Source: Zootoca vivipara
Lineage: Eukaryota
Length of the DNA stretch: 64,000 nucleotides
NCBI RefSeq assembly: GCF_963506605.1
Contig: NC_083283.1
Coordinates: forward strand, 6,820,001-6,884,000
Direction of reading: 5' to 3'
Shown: positions 25,296 through 37,052 of the stretch, piece by piece
How the letters are laid out: the number at the start of each line of letters is the position of its first letter
Position numbering within the stretch: position 1 is the first letter of the stretch
Program-made: the position numbers and the translations under genes
The notes under the pieces: model-generated
What the model was told of the DNA's origin: nothing
Database searches by the model: none
What the model saw: only the letters and a program-made list of their open reading frames with translations

Positions 25296-25420
25296 CAGGT
25301 AGGTAGCTGTGTTGGTCTGACACTATATATATATATAGAGAGAGAGAGTGTGTCAAGTAGCACCCTAGAGACCAACTAAGTTTGTTTTTGTATAAGCTTT
25401 TGTGTGCATGCACACTTCTT
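25296..25420 (-). mobile_element. Degenerate Penelope pLTR-end fragment with hammerhead relic
   Basis: Paralog of 3849-3972, ~25 nt downstream of the copy 5 stop codon. Confidence 0.8.
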
Positions 25421-25444
25421 TGATTATTTTTGCAGTTGTCAGAT

Positions 25445-26413
25445 TCAGGTTTGGACCTGTACGAAGTCTCCCTTCTTTCTGCAATCTTCCTCCTCCTTGA
25501 AAACCCTCTGGAATATGACCTTCAAGCTCTCTCTTGACCGACAGTGTTTCTTTCTTCCAACCAGGAAATAAATCAAAGGGTTAACACTGCTGTTTAGGCA
25601 GCTGCATAAGAGCCCAAACAATATTTCAGTATCGTTTCCACCATTGCGGGAGAAATATAATAAAATGCAAGTAAATGGGAAAGCTAAGAAGAGGAAGAAG
25701 AGGAGGGCAAGTAGGATGGCTGTTAAAGCTTTTCCTTTCTTCCTCTGTTGTGATCTAAAGTAAACTTTTATAACCAGGACCAGAGTGGAAAGAGTCATGA
25801 GTGGGAGGCAAAGTATAGCATTCATTAGAAGCAGGTAGAAAAGGGGAAATGTTATATCTCCAAATTTCCAAAGACTAATGCCGATTACAGTGGGCAAGAA
25901 AGAAATGATCCATATTAAGGCACACACAAGGGTGGAAAAGTGTGGTGGTCGGTGGCATCGATGCCAAAGGGGAAAGACGACAGAAACACACCTGTCCATG
26001 CTAATGGCTGTCAACAGATATTGACCTGTGTTGTAAATGAATAAAAACAAAAAACTAATGTATAAATCAATATCGGTAATTGTGTTTGAAGATGAACTCA
26101 TAATTCTCATAATCGATAAAGAAGATAAGCACATGAGAGCCCCAAGATCAGCAGCAGCCAGATGGAGGATGAAAGTGGTGAAAGGATTCCTCTTCATGCA
26201 AAACCCAAGAAACCAGATGACAGTTCCATTCCCCATAACTCCAAAAATGCTAATAACTGGAATTAAGACAAAGAAAATAAGTTCTATAAGATATAGTGAT
26301 GATCCATGATGAAAACGATCCTCGCGGGTTAGGAGGTCAGTTCCATTTTCTGTTCCAATTTCTTCCCGTGAAGCATTCAAAGTGGACCAGGATCCCAGAC
26401 TCCCGTTGTTCAT
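25445..26413 (-). CDS. MAS-related GPCR copy 5, 322 aa
   Basis: Intact 7TM ORF; ATG (MNNGSL) at 26413; closest to copy 1. Confidence 0.9.
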   Translation of the reverse strand: MNNGSLGSWSTLNASREEIGTENGTDLLTREDRFHHGSSLYLIELIFFVLIPVISIFGVMGNGTVIWFLGFCMKRNPFTTFILHLAAADLGALMCLSSLSIMRIMSSSSNTITDIDLYISFLFLFIYNTGQYLLTAISMDRCVSVVFPLWHRCHRPPHFSTLVCALIWIISFLPTVIGISLWKFGDITFPLFYLLLMNAILCLPLMTLSTLVLVIKVYFRSQQRKKGKALTAILLALLFFLFLAFPFTCILLYFSRNGGNDTEILFGLLCSCLNSSVNPLIYFLVGRKKHCRSRESLKVIFQRVFKEEEDCRKKGDFVQVQT

Positions 26414-28244
26414 CTTGCTGGATCTCTCCCTTTGAGCTAATGCTTGCTTGTCTCTTCCTACAAGAAGAAAATAAAGAAACATGGATAAATAAATAAATAA
26501 AAAGTTTTGGCTATAAAGCTCAATGATATTCAGTTGATACACTCAAACAATAATGGTGAGAATTCATGACTGATAAAGAAATAAACATATGAAGGATATT
26601 GTTCAATATTTGTCAAAATTTCAACTTCAAAGGTGGACGGGGGGGGGGATGCAGTTTCCCAATGGGTTATGGATTTTTCCTCCAAGTAAAGAAATCTTCA
26701 GGCACAGCAGTTCTGAGCTAAAATTCCCCTCTTCTGGTCTCTCCCTCAGCCTTAAGATATGAAATTAACCTCTCCTGTCATAGACATTAAGAGTGGGATG
26801 GTTGGGTGGTGGAAAAGCGGAGTGGAAGAAGGAGTTAAGCAGCTCTTGTGATTAGGGAAACAAAAGCCAGAATGAATTGGGAAGACATCTGTAATTGTAT
26901 TATTATTAAAATGTGACTTTTAGCAAGCCAGGACAAAATAAAAATCAAGTCAAATTCAGATTGATAAGAAATATGAAAATCAGAAAAAGACCCACAATAG
27001 ATTAGCCAGACAGCAAGATTTAGTCCATCCTGCCTAGTACTTTCTGCTCTGACTGGATGTGGAAACCAAAAATTCCTTCCCTCTTCACCAGCCATCCACC
27101 TGTATCCATTGAACTGAAGACTCCATGGAGTTATCTTGGCTCACCTATCTGCAAAAGGTGCACAGCATTGCCATTCAGCTACATTTGCCTCCTACCTTTT
27201 CTAATGAATGAAATCAAATTTGGCAATTCGCATACCATACCTATCTAAAACTTTGGATCAGCATCCCTCAGGCATGGTGAATGGGAGCAGCAAGTGGTGC
27301 TGGAATAAGCAGGTAATCAGAAGATTTGCAGAAATTGTTTAGATGCCTCATCTGGTTCTTAGCAAGATGTGTAGGATCCTTCCCATGTGTCTTCAGTTCT
27401 GGGTAATCCATTTGCCAGCATCATGTGATAAGATGGTTGTTTTGTACATTGGGTCTCAGGATAGCATTTGGCAAACTCTTGCCTTCTAAAGTTCAGTGTC
27501 CCAAGCAGGCACACTTGAGAATAGAGAGTTTGCAAGTGGTAAGCAAGCCCAACTTCTCTTTGTCCCTATCTGGAGAAATATCTTTATTGATTAGAGTGTC
27601 ACCTGACAGAAAGACCAACCAGTGTATTGAGAGAGGAATCAGCTTGCCATTGGTTCTGCTGCGGAAGAACGTAGGCTGGGGTGCAGATCTATAGCCAAAG
27701 AACAAAAAAGAGAGTCCTGCTAGATCAGGTCAGTGGCCCCTGCAGTCAATTGTCCTGGTCTCACAGTGGCCAAACAGATGCTTCAAGAAGCCCACAAACA
27801 GCTTCTGAACACAACAGTACTTTCCTCCTACATGATGTTCTGCTGGGAGGCCTTAATCTCCTTAATTATACAACCCCGTTGGGAAAACTTTGACATGTGG
27901 GAGGCCAATCTGTTTTTTTGGGTGGTAGCTGGGCACACTTCTGCCTAATCCGATATTCATCAATTCTTTAAAGCCTCTATCTTTTTGGAGTACTCTTCAT
28001 TCCATCCTGTGTGTGTGAGAGAGAGACCTTCTGCATGCCGCCTACCACCTGGTTCTTAGTCGCCCCCCCCCCACTCAGTCATTCAATATCCCATGCCACT
28101 GAATCTTCTTCAGTTTGTTCTGGGGGTATTATGCCATTCTCAGAGCTACTGAAGCATGCCTCTTATACAATGGTGGTATAGTTTTGAATACAGGAGTCCA
28201 AACATGGGAAGTATCAACTTGATATTACTGTGCAGGAGACTCAA

Positions 28245-28411
28245 CAGGGCCGGCCCTAGGGCAAGGCTGGGTGGCGCGGGGCGCCAGGGTGTCCCCCACC
28301 GCGCTGAGCACAGCGCCCTCCAAGCAGCCACGCTGGGAATCGGGGCAGGGGGGGGCAGAGGGATCGTTGCATCACAGCGCCAGGGCGCCAGATATGCTTA
28401 AGATGGCCCTG
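28245..28411. mobile_element. GC-rich hAT MITE
   Basis: CAGGGCC...GGCCCTG termini; perfect 8-bp TSD AGACTCAA (28237-28244, 28412-28419); empty sites in paralogs (~11330). Confidence 0.9.
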
Positions 28412-28778
28412 AGACTCAAATATGTGATATAGAAGACTCCGTATGAGAATGGTATGCTGGGCACATGTTCATGACCGTTAAATGTCAGGACATTGTTATC
28501 TGCCACCAGAGCTATCTTGCTTGGACATCTGCAGGAGATAGGTGGGGGTTTTCTGTGAGAGGAGGCGGTTACAAAAGCATCAAACCCAAACTTATATTAT
28601 GGGGAAAGTAACTATATATGCAATAATTATATGCAAAAGCATTCAAAAACATGATGGGGGTAATTAAAGATCTAGACCTCAGACCACATTCAGTTCTCAA
28701 TCCTTGGGTTCCATCCTTTTGCAGCAGTCCTACAGCAAGTTAATTCCTCTCTTTATAAACATCAGATTTACTTTCATT

Positions 28779-28781
<3 letters not shown>

Positions 28782-28864
<83 letters not shown>
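28782..28864. repeat. (GA)n microsatellite
   Basis: Long perfect dinucleotide run. Confidence 0.95.
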
Positions 28865-28865
<1 letters not shown>

Positions 28866-30071
28866 GGACTGCAGGAGCGAGCATTGAAGACAATAATTTC
28901 TCCCTGCCACCCATCGGGTGCTTTGTACCATTCTGATGATGAGTGTTATTTGCTCAGCCTGTTTTCTTTGTTAGCCTTTTATGTGAGCAGCTTGCCGACT
29001 CTCAATTGCATTAGAAGCCTTTGGACATTGTGGTGGGTCACTTAGGTTGTGCCAGTGAAAAGCTCATCAGCTTAAGAGGAGCCCAGTCGTCTTCTCTCCT
29101 GCTCAGAGGTGGCTCTTTGCTCTGCAATGCACAGTGGACTGCCTTGTTTCCCCTGGCTGCTTTATGCTCCTGCCCCATCCCAATCCTTCTTAATAAGTGT
29201 TGACTAGAATGATGGGTCAAGGTGAGTCTTTATCCATGGTGATTTTGGTTCTTCACCATGCAAAGGAGTCTAGTGTATGCATCAAGATATAGGCTTGATG
29301 GCTAGCATTGAGTTGAAAGTGCATTGTGGCATGATTTGGAACCATCTCCCCCCTGTATCCTCTGGGTTCCCCCCCCCCCAAACACTTTATTGGAAAGAAG
29401 AGAAACTGATGTCATGAATCACTTCTGCTCATTGTCACATTGCCCTATAAAGGTGTAGATGTCAGAATTTGGTGGATTTCAATATGCATATAGTTATAAT
29501 TTCTATATCACTACATCCGTATAACAAGCAGGGCTCTTTTTCAGCTGGAACTGACCGGAACTCAGTTCCAGCACCCCTCAGGTGGGTGCCATTACAATTG
29601 TAAGAGAACAAGGGAGGTCTTCATGGTGAGTTTCTGCACCTCTATTTCTTGTAAAATAGCACAGAAAATAGGGATTATAGTGGTGGAATGTTCCATAATG
29701 CACTTGTTAAAAAATCCTTAAGAAATATTTTCTTCTGTTTTCTTCAAATATTGGAGCTCTATATGTGAAGATTTCTTTACTTCATTCCCTTTGGCAATGA
29801 ATCTGTTTTCTATACCATTTCGCAAGTCATCCCTCTCAACTCAGTCTGCTGAAGCGACATTTATTTTTATTTCATTTGCTAAAACATACAACATGTTAAT
29901 CCTGCAAAATAGACAATCCATGGGGTTTTTAACGATACTGCTAAAATGAGGGGGGAAATTGACAGAGTAAATGAATCCAAAATTTAAAAAATAGTGAGTA
30001 CAGAGGAAAACAAGTACCAAGAAATACACCAAGAGATAGAAAATGAAGTTTTCTGAGCTATTTTGAAGTCT

Positions 30072-31055
30072 TCACATCTGGGTTTGAACTGGAACTTCTC
30101 GCTTCTCTCTGCAGTTTTCCTCCTCTTTGAAAAGTCTCTGGAGTATGACCTTCATGCTCTCCCTAGATTGAGCCCTCTTGTTTCTCCCAATCAGGAAATA
30201 AATCAGTGGGTTAATACTGCTATTCAGGCAACTGCATAATAACCCAACAGATATTGCAACAGATTGCACATTATAATCTGTAACTGGAGTGAAAAAACAG
30301 ATTAATAAAATGCAAGTAAATGGGAAAGCTAAGAAGAGGAAGACGAGGAGGGCAAGTAGTATGGCTGTTAAAGCTTTTCCCTTCTTCCACTTTTGTGATC
30401 TAAAGTAAACTTTTATAAACAGGACCATAGTGGAAAGAGTCATGAGTGGGAGGCAAAGTATAGCATTCATTAGAAACTGGTAGAAGTCTGTATACGGTGT
30501 AAAAATGTCGATTGCAGTGAACAGGAAAGAAATGATCCATATTGAAACACAAACAAGGGTGGAAAAGTATGGTGGTCTGTGGCATCGATGCCAAAGGGGG
30601 AAGACGACAGAAACGCACCTATCCATGCTAATGGCTATCAACAAATATTGACCAGTGTTGTACATAAACAATAAAGGAATAGTGCCAAATGACATAAACA
30701 AATTATAAACATACCAAGGTAGGAGTGAAAATGACCAAAGAAGACTTACAATGGCGAAAAAAATTAAGCATATGAGTGTCCCCAGGTCAGCAGCAGCCAG
30801 ATGGAGGATGAAGGTGGTGAAAGGATTCCTCTTCATGCAAAAGCCAAGAAACCAGATGACAGTTCCATTCCCCATAAGTCCAAAAATGCTAATAAGTAAA
30901 ATGGAGACGGAGATAAGAATGTTTGCTATACGATATGGTAATGATCCATGATCAAAACCATCCTGGGGGGTTAGGAGGTCAGTTCCATTTTCTGCTCCAA
31001 TATCTTCCCATGAAGCATTCGAAGTGGACCAGGATCCCAGGCTACCATTGCTCAT
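30072..31055 (-). CDS. MAS-related GPCR copy 6, 327 aa
   Basis: Intact 7TM ORF with family motifs. Confidence 0.92.
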   Translation of the reverse strand: MSNGSLGSWSTSNASWEDIGAENGTDLLTPQDGFDHGSLPYRIANILISVSILLISIFGLMGNGTVIWFLGFCMKRNPFTTFILHLAAADLGTLICLIFFAIVSLLWSFSLLPWYVYNLFMSFGTIPLLFMYNTGQYLLIAISMDRCVSVVFPLWHRCHRPPYFSTLVCVSIWIISFLFTAIDIFTPYTDFYQFLMNAILCLPLMTLSTMVLFIKVYFRSQKWKKGKALTAILLALLVFLFLAFPFTCILLICFFTPVTDYNVQSVAISVGLLCSCLNSSINPLIYFLIGRNKRAQSRESMKVILQRLFKEEENCREKREVPVQTQM

Positions 31056-31252
31056 CTTGCTTAATCTCAGTTTTTGAGCTATTTATTGTATGGATCTTCC
31101 TACCAAGAGAAAATAAATGTGGAGTCAGTTTTAGGTATAAAGCTCAACCATATTAAACTGAGACACTCAACCAATAACAAAAGAGACATGCTATAGTGGA
31201 AATTCATGACGGATGAAGAAACAAACACTTTAGGAATATTGTTTATTGGAAT

Positions 31253-31414
31253 AAAATAAAATAAAAATTCCTTCCAGTAGCACCTCAGAGACCAACTAAG
31301 TTTGTCATTGGTATGAGCTTTCGTGTGCATGCACTTAGTTGGTCTCTAAGGTGCTACTGGGAGGAATTTTTTAAATTTTGTTTTCACTACGGCAGACCAA
31401 CACGGCTACCTACC
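31253..31414. mobile_element. Miniature inverted Penelope pLTR-end insertion
   Basis: Antisense pLTR piece joined to a sense pLTR piece; 13-bp TSD TGTTTATTGGAAT (31240-31252, 31415-31427); empty paralogous site ~20195. Confidence 0.85.
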
Positions 31415-33863
31415 TGTTTATTGGAATGTTCATCAAAACTCATCAGTTTCAAAGGCTTAGAGACGAAATGCAATATTTCGGTGGGTTATGGATCTTTCCT
31501 CTGAGTAAAAAACCTGCAAACACAGCATCTGTAAGCATATAATTTGCAAACTGAAATTCTCCGAGAAGGAGTTGAACAGCTCTAGTGATTAGGGAAACAA
31601 AGCCAGAATGAATTGGGAAGGCATCTGTAATTTTATTATTATTGAAATGTGATTTTTAAAACAAAAGTGGATTAAATAAAACTCAAGTTGAATTGAGATT
31701 GATAATTAATATGAAAATCAGAAAAAGACCCACAATAGATTAGCCAGACAGCAAGATTTTTACAATGTGAAATGAATAAGACAAACCATTAGTCTATCCT
31801 GCCTAGTACTTTCTGCTCTGACTGGATGTGGTAACCAAAAATTCCTGCCGCCTTCACCAGCCACCCACCTGTATCCTTCTAACTGAAGACTCCATGGAGT
31901 TAACTTGGCCCACCTATCTGCAAAAGGTGCTCAGCATTGCCATTCAGCTACACTTGCCTTCTACCTTTGTCAATGAATGAAATCAAATTTAGCTCTTTAC
32001 ATACCTGTCTAAAACTTTGGATCAGCATCCCTCAGGCATGGTGAGTGGGAGCAGCAAGTGATGCTGGAATAAGCAGGTAAACAGTAGATTTGCAGAAATT
32101 GTTAAGATGCCTCATCTGGTTCTTAGCAAGATGTGTAGGATCCTTCCCATGTGTCTTCAGTTCTGTGTAATCCATTTGCCAGCATCATGTGATAAGATGG
32201 TTGTTTTGTGCATTGGGTCTCAGGATAGCATTTGGCAAACACAGGACGAGATTCTTCCCTTCTAAAGTTCAGTGTGCCAGGCAGGCACTCTTGAGCAGAG
32301 TGAATTTGCAAGTGGTAAGCAAGCCCAACTTCTCTTTGTCCCTATCTGGAGAAATATCTTTATTGATTGCCATTGGTTCTGCTGGGGAAGAACGTAGGCA
32401 GGGGTGCAGAACTATATCTGAAGAACAAAAAAGAGAGTCCTGCTAGATCAGGTCAGTAGCCCCTGCAGCCAACTGTCCTGGTCTCACAGTGGCCAAACAG
32501 ATGCTTCCAAAAGACCAAAAACAGCTTCTGAACACAACAGTACTCTCCTCCCCCGTGATGTTCTTCTGGCAGGCCTTAATCTCCTTAATTTTCCAACCCC
32601 CTTGGGACAACTTTGACATGTGTGGGAGGCCAACCTGCTTTTTTGGTTGGGGCATGGACACACTTCTGTCCGGTCCCATATGCACCAGTTCTTTAAAGCC
32701 TCTATTTATTGGTATCGAGTACTCTTCATTCCATCGTGGGGGACATGGGGTAAAATATCTGTCTGAACAAGGCTTAGCCATACCTTAAGATGTTATTTCT
32801 GGGATATTGTTTGTGGGAGAGAGAAAAAGAAAGAAGGAGAGAAAGCCACTCCATTCTATTCCACTCCAATCCATTCTCAGTCCCCCCCCACACTCATTCA
32901 ACATTCCATCCCACTGAGTTTTCATTGGGGTGTTAAGAGGTAGGAAGTATTTTTGCTGTATTTTTATTCTCTTTTTTGTGTATTTCATGTAATATAAGTA
33001 AGTATTTTAGCTTTATCCTCGTTCCTTTACTACTTAAGTCTTATTTGAAATATCGAAATTATGGTTTGAGTTAAGGTTCGGATTAAGTTAGGTTATGTTA
33101 AGTTAGGTTATGTTATGTTAATTTCTTTATATTATGCTAATTTCTTTTTTTTGTTAATTTTGTTAATTTGTTATTTGTTATTTTGCCAATTTATTTATTG
33201 ATTTGCTAATTTGTTAATTGTTTATTTGATTTTGCTTTGTCTATTTTGTATCGTTGTATAATTGAAATAAAGTTTTTCTTTTTATTAAAAAAAAAAAAGA
33301 GGTTTTTATGCCCCTCTCAGAGCCACCCAAATCTACTGAAGCATGCCTCTTATGTAAAGGTCATACAGTTTTGGCTACAGGAGCCCGAACATGGGAAGTA
33401 TCAACTTGGTGTTACTGCATATGAGTCTCATATATACGAATTTGTATGACATGCTGGGCACATGTTATTGGCAGTTAAACACCAGGACATTATTATCTGC
33501 CATCAGAGCTATCTTGCTTGGGCATGTGCAGATGATAGTCACGTGTTTCCTGTCGATGAAGATAGTTACATGTCTTGTGAAAAAATAACTATATACAAAA
33601 ACATTCCCAAGCAGCCTTCTGCCCCCCCCCAAAAAAACACTAGTCTTGTCAACACTCCTTTGACTCATCTGAAAGTTTTGCCTGAGAGAGCCATGAACCT
33701 TGTCCTTGCCTGCACATTTGCATTCCAGTGCTGGACTAAGAGTGGAGAGAGCTGGATTTAAATCACTATTTAGCAATGACACTTAGTGAGCGCCCTTGAT
33801 TCAGTCACAAACACTCACCCTAACCTACGTCACATAATTGTTGTAAGGATAAATACCATATTT

Positions 33864-34113
33864 TAAGGGACGTGGGTGGCGCTGTGGTCTAAACCACTGA
33901 GGCTCTTGGGCTTGCCGATCAGAAGGTCAGCGGTTTGAATCCCTGCAACAGGATGAACTCCCGTTGCTCTGTCCCAGCTCCTGCCAACCTAGCAGTTCGA
34001 AAGCCCCCTTGGACAAACGCTGGCTCCCTCAGCCTGAAAGCGAGATGAGCACCACACACCCCATAGTCACTTTTGACTGGACTTAACCATCCAGGGGTCC
34101 TTTACCTTTACTT
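33864..34113 (+). mobile_element. Sauria SINE (Squam1)
   Basis: GGGACGTGGGTGGCGCTGTGGTCTAAACC head, box B GGTTTGAATCC, (ACCTTT)n tail, 11-bp TSD ATACCATATTT. Confidence 0.85.
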
Positions 34114-34796
34114 ATACCATATTTAGTTGGCATGGCAGAAGTGCATACCCCTTATCCCAGGCTTCATCCTGAAGGAGAGTAGGCAGGCTTTCCTGGCATC
34201 CCCATGCCTTTGCATGCTGGTGAGCCGTTCTTTATCTGGCTTCTAAAAACTATTGCTAAACAAACACTGCTGGCAAGAAGCTTTGGGGAAGAGGTAGATT
34301 AAATCTTGCTCCCCTCGTGTGCACCATGCATGTGAGTTGTGGGCGGGGGCAGGAAAAGTATCTGATATGTCCAGCTGCAGTTGCATGACATCACATCGGA
34401 GTTCTCTGTGTTTACTTTTAGTCAGGGTGAAGCATGGAGTCTCATGCAAAGTGCTCTCAATGTGTTTGATTAATAGTGCTCTGTTGTTGCCTTCCACAAA
34501 TGCAGCACCGTAGCTAGGGCCGGGGGAGGGGGAGGTTTAAGCTGGGACTTTTGCCCTGGGTGAAACCTCCAGGTGGTACCATTGATGCTCCTAGCTTGCA
34601 ATTCATTTCACTGTCTGGGCTTTAGAACAGCTCTCCCTGCACCTCTGTGTGTGTGAGACCGAGAGTGGGAATGTAGGGTGGGGAGAAGACTCTTTCCAAA
34701 TCCTTTCCCTCCTCCTTCCTTTTCTCCCACACAGATTGTGGACTTCTCTCTACCGCAGCCTCTTCCTGCTCACTAAACCCTGTTACCTCTTCAGCT

Positions 34797-34859
34797 TCCT
34801 CCTCCTCCTCCTCCTCCTCCTCCTCCTCCTCCTCCTCCTCCTCCTCCTCCTCCTCCTCC
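34797..34859. repeat. (CTC)n microsatellite within an LTR-like repeat
   Basis: Perfect run; downstream ...GTCCATGACA (34967) resembles an LTR end. Confidence 0.8.
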
Positions 34860-35460
34860 CTCTGACCGCTCATCGTTGTCCCACCGCAAATCCCCTAGCT
34901 CTTCTTCCCTGGGGGTTCTTCAGCTGCTGCCTCCCACCACTTCTCTGCCCCCACCCAGTCCATGACAGCATTTTACAATGGCAATCCAAACAAGTATAGA
35001 CATGTTACAGCTAGATGCAAACTTGTATTAGAAAGGGTGGCATACAAAGCAATACATGGGGTGATTATACATACAATATGATATCAAATATAGATGAGGG
35101 GGTTTGTGCATTCATGATTCTGGTAACTAGTTGTAAAACAGAGACATGGTTTTTGATGGTATAGCATGCTTTGCTTCATAACTCTACAAGACTTAGAATC
35201 ATTAAGAGCTTTGGAGTTCATCTAGTTCACCCACCTGCTGAAATTCTAAACACATCCTGGAATCAATAGCCCACACTGAATACAGGTCAAGAAAAGTAAT
35301 GGTAATGGATACAAAACTTACAGAGGTATAAATCCTTTGGAGCCATTGAAGCTTAATCTCAGCAGTGGATTACAAATATACACTTGTTTACTTAGGAGGA
35401 GCTAGAACGGCTTATAGTAACCAGAGTAGTATAGCTATAAGTTGTACTCTTTCAAAGCCA

Positions 35461-36426
35461 TCACAAGGGACTTAAAACACAGGTCTCCACTTCCTCTGTA
35501 TGGTTTTCTTCTTCCTTGAAAATATTTTGGAGTATGGCTTTCATGCCCTTTACACGTCCGCCTCTCTTTCGTCTCCCAAACACAAAATAGATCAAAGGGT
35601 TAACACTGCTGTTCAGAGTGCTGCACAAGTAACCATATTGCAAGCGATGCAAAGTTGGAATATTGAAAACATAATGGCCAATGTAAAAAGCATTCAGTGG
35701 GAAAGAAAGAACGATAAAGAAGAAAAGAGTAAGGAGGATAACTATAATGAGCTTTCCCCGCTTCTGCTGTTGTGTTTTAAAGCAGACCTTGATGAACAGG
35801 GTCAAAGTGGAGATGGTTATTAGTGGGAGACAAATGAAGCCATTCACAATGTACTGGTAGAGTCTGATGTGATCGTGATACTTCTTAACCGTCAGGTAGA
35901 GAATGAAATGTGTTCCAGGGAGAAGGAAAGAAAGAACCCAGATTAAGGCACAAACAACAGTGGACAAATAAGGTGGTCGGTGGCATCCATACCAAACTGG
36001 GAAGAGTATAGACACACACCTGTCGATGCTGATGGCCGTCAGCAGAAATTGACCCGTGTTGTACATGAATTGGAAAATATCTTCTAAGAATTCAAAGGCA
36101 ACACCCTCATCCTGTTTGCGATTCTGAAGCCAGCGTATTTCTAGAATAAGGTCCACAGCAAGTAAACCAAAGTCTGCAACGGCGAGGTTTAGGATGTATG
36201 TGGTGAAGGGGGTCCTCTTCAGACGGAATCCAAGCAGCCAGATGACAGTTCCATTCCCCAAGCACCCCAAAATGCAAACTATAATTATTGATACACACAC
36301 TATATACATTGTCACTGTCTTGTATACAAATTCTGGATCATCATTGCTGTGGCTACTGTTGGCGTAAGCGCTTGTGTTGAATGCTGCATTCAAAGGGGGC
36401 AGGGGTGTTGGGCTGAAGCTGGCCAT
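35461..36426 (-). CDS. MAS-related GPCR copy 7 (second subfamily), 321 aa
   Basis: Intact ORF; ATG (MASFS) at 36426; GNGTVIWLL, LNLAVADF, AISIDRC, NSSVNPLIYF. Confidence 0.92.
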   Translation of the reverse strand: MASFSPTPLPPLNAAFNTSAYANSSHSNDDPEFVYKTVTMYIVCVSIIIVCILGCLGNGTVIWLLGFRLKRTPFTTYILNLAVADFGLLAVDLILEIRWLQNRKQDEGVAFEFLEDIFQFMYNTGQFLLTAISIDRCVSILFPVWYGCHRPPYLSTVVCALIWVLSFLLPGTHFILYLTVKKYHDHIRLYQYIVNGFICLPLITISTLTLFIKVCFKTQQQKRGKLIIVILLTLFFFIVLSFPLNAFYIGHYVFNIPTLHRLQYGYLCSTLNSSVNPLIYFVFGRRKRGGRVKGMKAILQNIFKEEENHTEEVETCVLSPL

Positions 36427-37001
36427 TGTGATCAACCCTTGCTTTTGTGTTTCGTTTGATGTGGATAGTCCTGCTGGAAGACGTGGGAGAAAAGTGGGAT
36501 TAGCCTTTGCAGTTTGTCAGCAATGATAAAAAGTAACATGTTCATTGGAGTCAACAAAGAGACCATGTCAAGAAGGGGCCAGATTGCCAGCAGAAGCAGT
36601 GAGAGTGGGGGGAAAGAAAAATAGTATTCAATATGAATAATATTCACTGTGGTTAGCAAGTGGAAATAACCATAGCAATAATTTCAGAAGGTTGGGTAAT
36701 ATGCCCACAAGCTTTGGTTGGCTGGCTGGCTCACTAATTAGTAAGGATATATATAACCCTAGTAGGCTAAACTACCCAAGCTGGCTGCTTCGTGTTGTTT
36801 GTTTGTTGTTAGCAATTTCTAATGCTTCTGCTGCTGATAGTAATAATTCTTAGCAATTAGAATATATGCAAAGTGTTTTGGATTTCTTTTCTTTTTTAAA
36901 GGATGGGAGAGGAATTAATTAGGAGAGGTTAGAAAGCAAATAAAAGCTGAACAAATGACAACAAACATTTTCTAAGAGACAGCATTTGCAAAAGAGACCT
37001 G

Positions 37002-37052
<51 letters not shown>

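Noticed and set aside
34622-34999. Poly-Glu / poly-Leu ORFs
   Set aside because: Translation of a (CTC)n microsatellite
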